This document shows positions 62,412-64,000 of a stretch of DNA of 64,000 nucleotides, one piece after another. Position 1 is the stretch's first letter. Each line of letters opens with the position of its first letter. The DNA is from Mobula hypostoma (Eukaryota). A program made the translations under genes and the position numbers. Location: the NCBI RefSeq assembly GCF_963921235.1, contig NC_086097.1:126544001-126608000 (forward strand). Reading direction: 5' to 3'. The notes under the pieces are model-generated. The model made no database searches. It saw only the letters and a list, made by a program, of their open reading frames with translations, and was not told the DNA's origin.

Positions 62412-62977
62412 ACATACATCAAAGTTGCTGGTGAACGCAGCAGGCCAAGCAGCATCTATAGGAAGAGGCGCAGTCGACGTTTCAGGCCGAGACCCTTCGT
62501 CAGGACTAACTGAAGGAAGAGTGAGTAAGGGATTTGAAAGCTGGAGGGGGAGGGGGAGATCCAAAATGATAGGAGAAGACAGGAGGGGGAGGGATGGAGC
62601 CGAGAGCTGGACAGGTGATAGGCAAAAGGGGATACGAGAGGATCATGGGACAGGAGGTCCGGGAAGAAAGACGGGGGGGGGGTGACCCAGAGGATGGGCA
62701 AGAGGTATATTCAGAGGGACAGAGGGAGAAAAAGGAGAGTGAGAGAAAGAATGTGTGCATAAAAATGAGTAACAGCTGGGGTACGAGGGGGAGGTGGGGC
62801 CTAGCGGAAGTTAGAGAAGTCAATGTTCATGCCATCAGGTTGGAGGCTACCCAGACGGAATATAAGGTGTTGTTCCTCCAACCTGAGTGTGGCTTCATCT
62901 TTACAGTAGAGGAGGCCATGGATAGACATGTCAGAATGGGAATGGGATGTGGAATTAAAATGTGTGGCCACTGGGAG
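62412..62977 (-). mobile_element. Young Penelope-like 3' fragment with intact hammerhead motif (62471-62508)
   Basis: 8-bp TSD ATACAACA (62404-62411, 62978-62985); PVATHFNS...DEATLRLEEQHLIFRLGSLQPDGMNIDFSNF; minus TAGTC-CTGACGA-AGGGTCTCGGCCT-GAAAC-GTC-GACTG. Confidence 0.88.
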
Positions 62978-63799
62978 ATACAACAGTTCATCTCTGTGTG
63001 ACAGAACATACATCACAGTACAATAGTCTCTGTTTTATTATTTTGTACATTATTATTGCACATTGGTAAATTATTATTGTGTATATTATTATTCTGCACA
63101 TTATTATTAGTTAAATCTGCACACTGCTAAGTGTGTTTTTAAATGTTGCTTGTTGTAACAAAAGAATTTCCTGCTTGGGATCAGTGAAGTATTTATTATT
63201 ATCATACATTGATTGATTGTACATAAAGTGACACTAAGCACAGGAATGTCTGAACATAAGATGACTGACAGGAAATGATAAAGTAGTAGTGGTGATTTTT
63301 TTGTTTGCCTTCTTAAAGTATTTTAGTGCAATCATATTGTTGCACTGCAGCCTCTTTAACAATACACCTTGTTTTTCTGAGCTTCAGAACAGAGAGCAAA
63401 CCCTAGAGGGAGACAAGGAATTTCTCTCCCACTTCATTGCTGTGTTTTGTCTGGCTGTTATTCCTGGAAAGTTTCCTCCAGAAAAACACCTTTGGCCATA
63501 AGTCCACAAGACCCCATGGTCAGCATGGAGCTTGCTGCAGGAGAAGGATGGTAGGTGGCTGATGCAGCACCCTGGAAGCACATGACCACAGCCGACTCTG
63601 AGTCCGTCCAAAAACTTCAAGCCTCCGACCACCCCTCCGACACCAAGCACCGTATCTGCCGAGCGCTTTGACCCCCGGCCCCGGCCGCCAAGCAACAGGC
63701 AAAGCCGAGGATTCGGGGCCTTCCCCTCCAGAGATTCTGGATCGCACAATTGCAGCGGCAGTGAAAAAGGCATTTCAGAAGTTTTTGAGTTCTATCCCC

Positions 63800-64000
63800 C
63801 TGCAACTCTAGTTTAACTCGTCCTCCCTACCCTGGAGCAGCTCTAGCAGAGCTTCCTGCAAGAATATTAGTCCCCCTCCAATCCAAGTGCAACCCGTCCC
63901 ATCTGTACAGGTCCTACCCTCCCTGAAGGAGAGCCCAATGATCCAAAAACCTGAAGCCCTCCCTCTTGCATCATTTTCTTAACTACGTATTAAACTGTAT
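63800..64000 (-). mobile_element. CR1 LINE ORF1 (esterase-like) C-terminal relic
   Basis: Minus translation CKREGFRFLDHW...DLYRWDGLHLDWRGTNILAG with stops and a frameshift; runs off the window end. Confidence 0.7.

Overview
Eukaryotic (vertebrate) genomic DNA. The repeat complement (CR1, Rex1/Babar, RTE, Penelope-like, Tc1, pogo/Tigger, hAT, Gypsy, tRNA-SINEs) suggests a cartilaginous fish, probably a ray; this is inference. The only host gene I can support is the 3' half of RIOK1 (RIO kinase 1): nine GT-AG-bounded, phase-consistent coding exons on + from 3961 to the stop at 26215. The rest is intron or intergenic DNA dominated by transposable elements, many with clean target-site duplications (TSDs) and deep nesting. 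Most other ORF-track entries are TE fragments or noise. The most interesting non-gene signals are predicted self-cleaving RNAs. (1) A complete HDV-like double-pseudoknot ribozyme fold at 32269-32420 has an atypical hairpin inserted in L3 and heads a ~550-bp non-autonomous retroelement. (2) At least eight minimal type I hammerhead motifs sit in Penelope-like elements, with three different stem II sequences; some are in inverted-repeat pairs and two are in the RIOK1 pre-mRNA sense strand. The window also holds a twin-primed RTE insertion with a snap-back junction inside a four-level nested LINE stack. All folds were derived by eye, and no activity is demonstrated.
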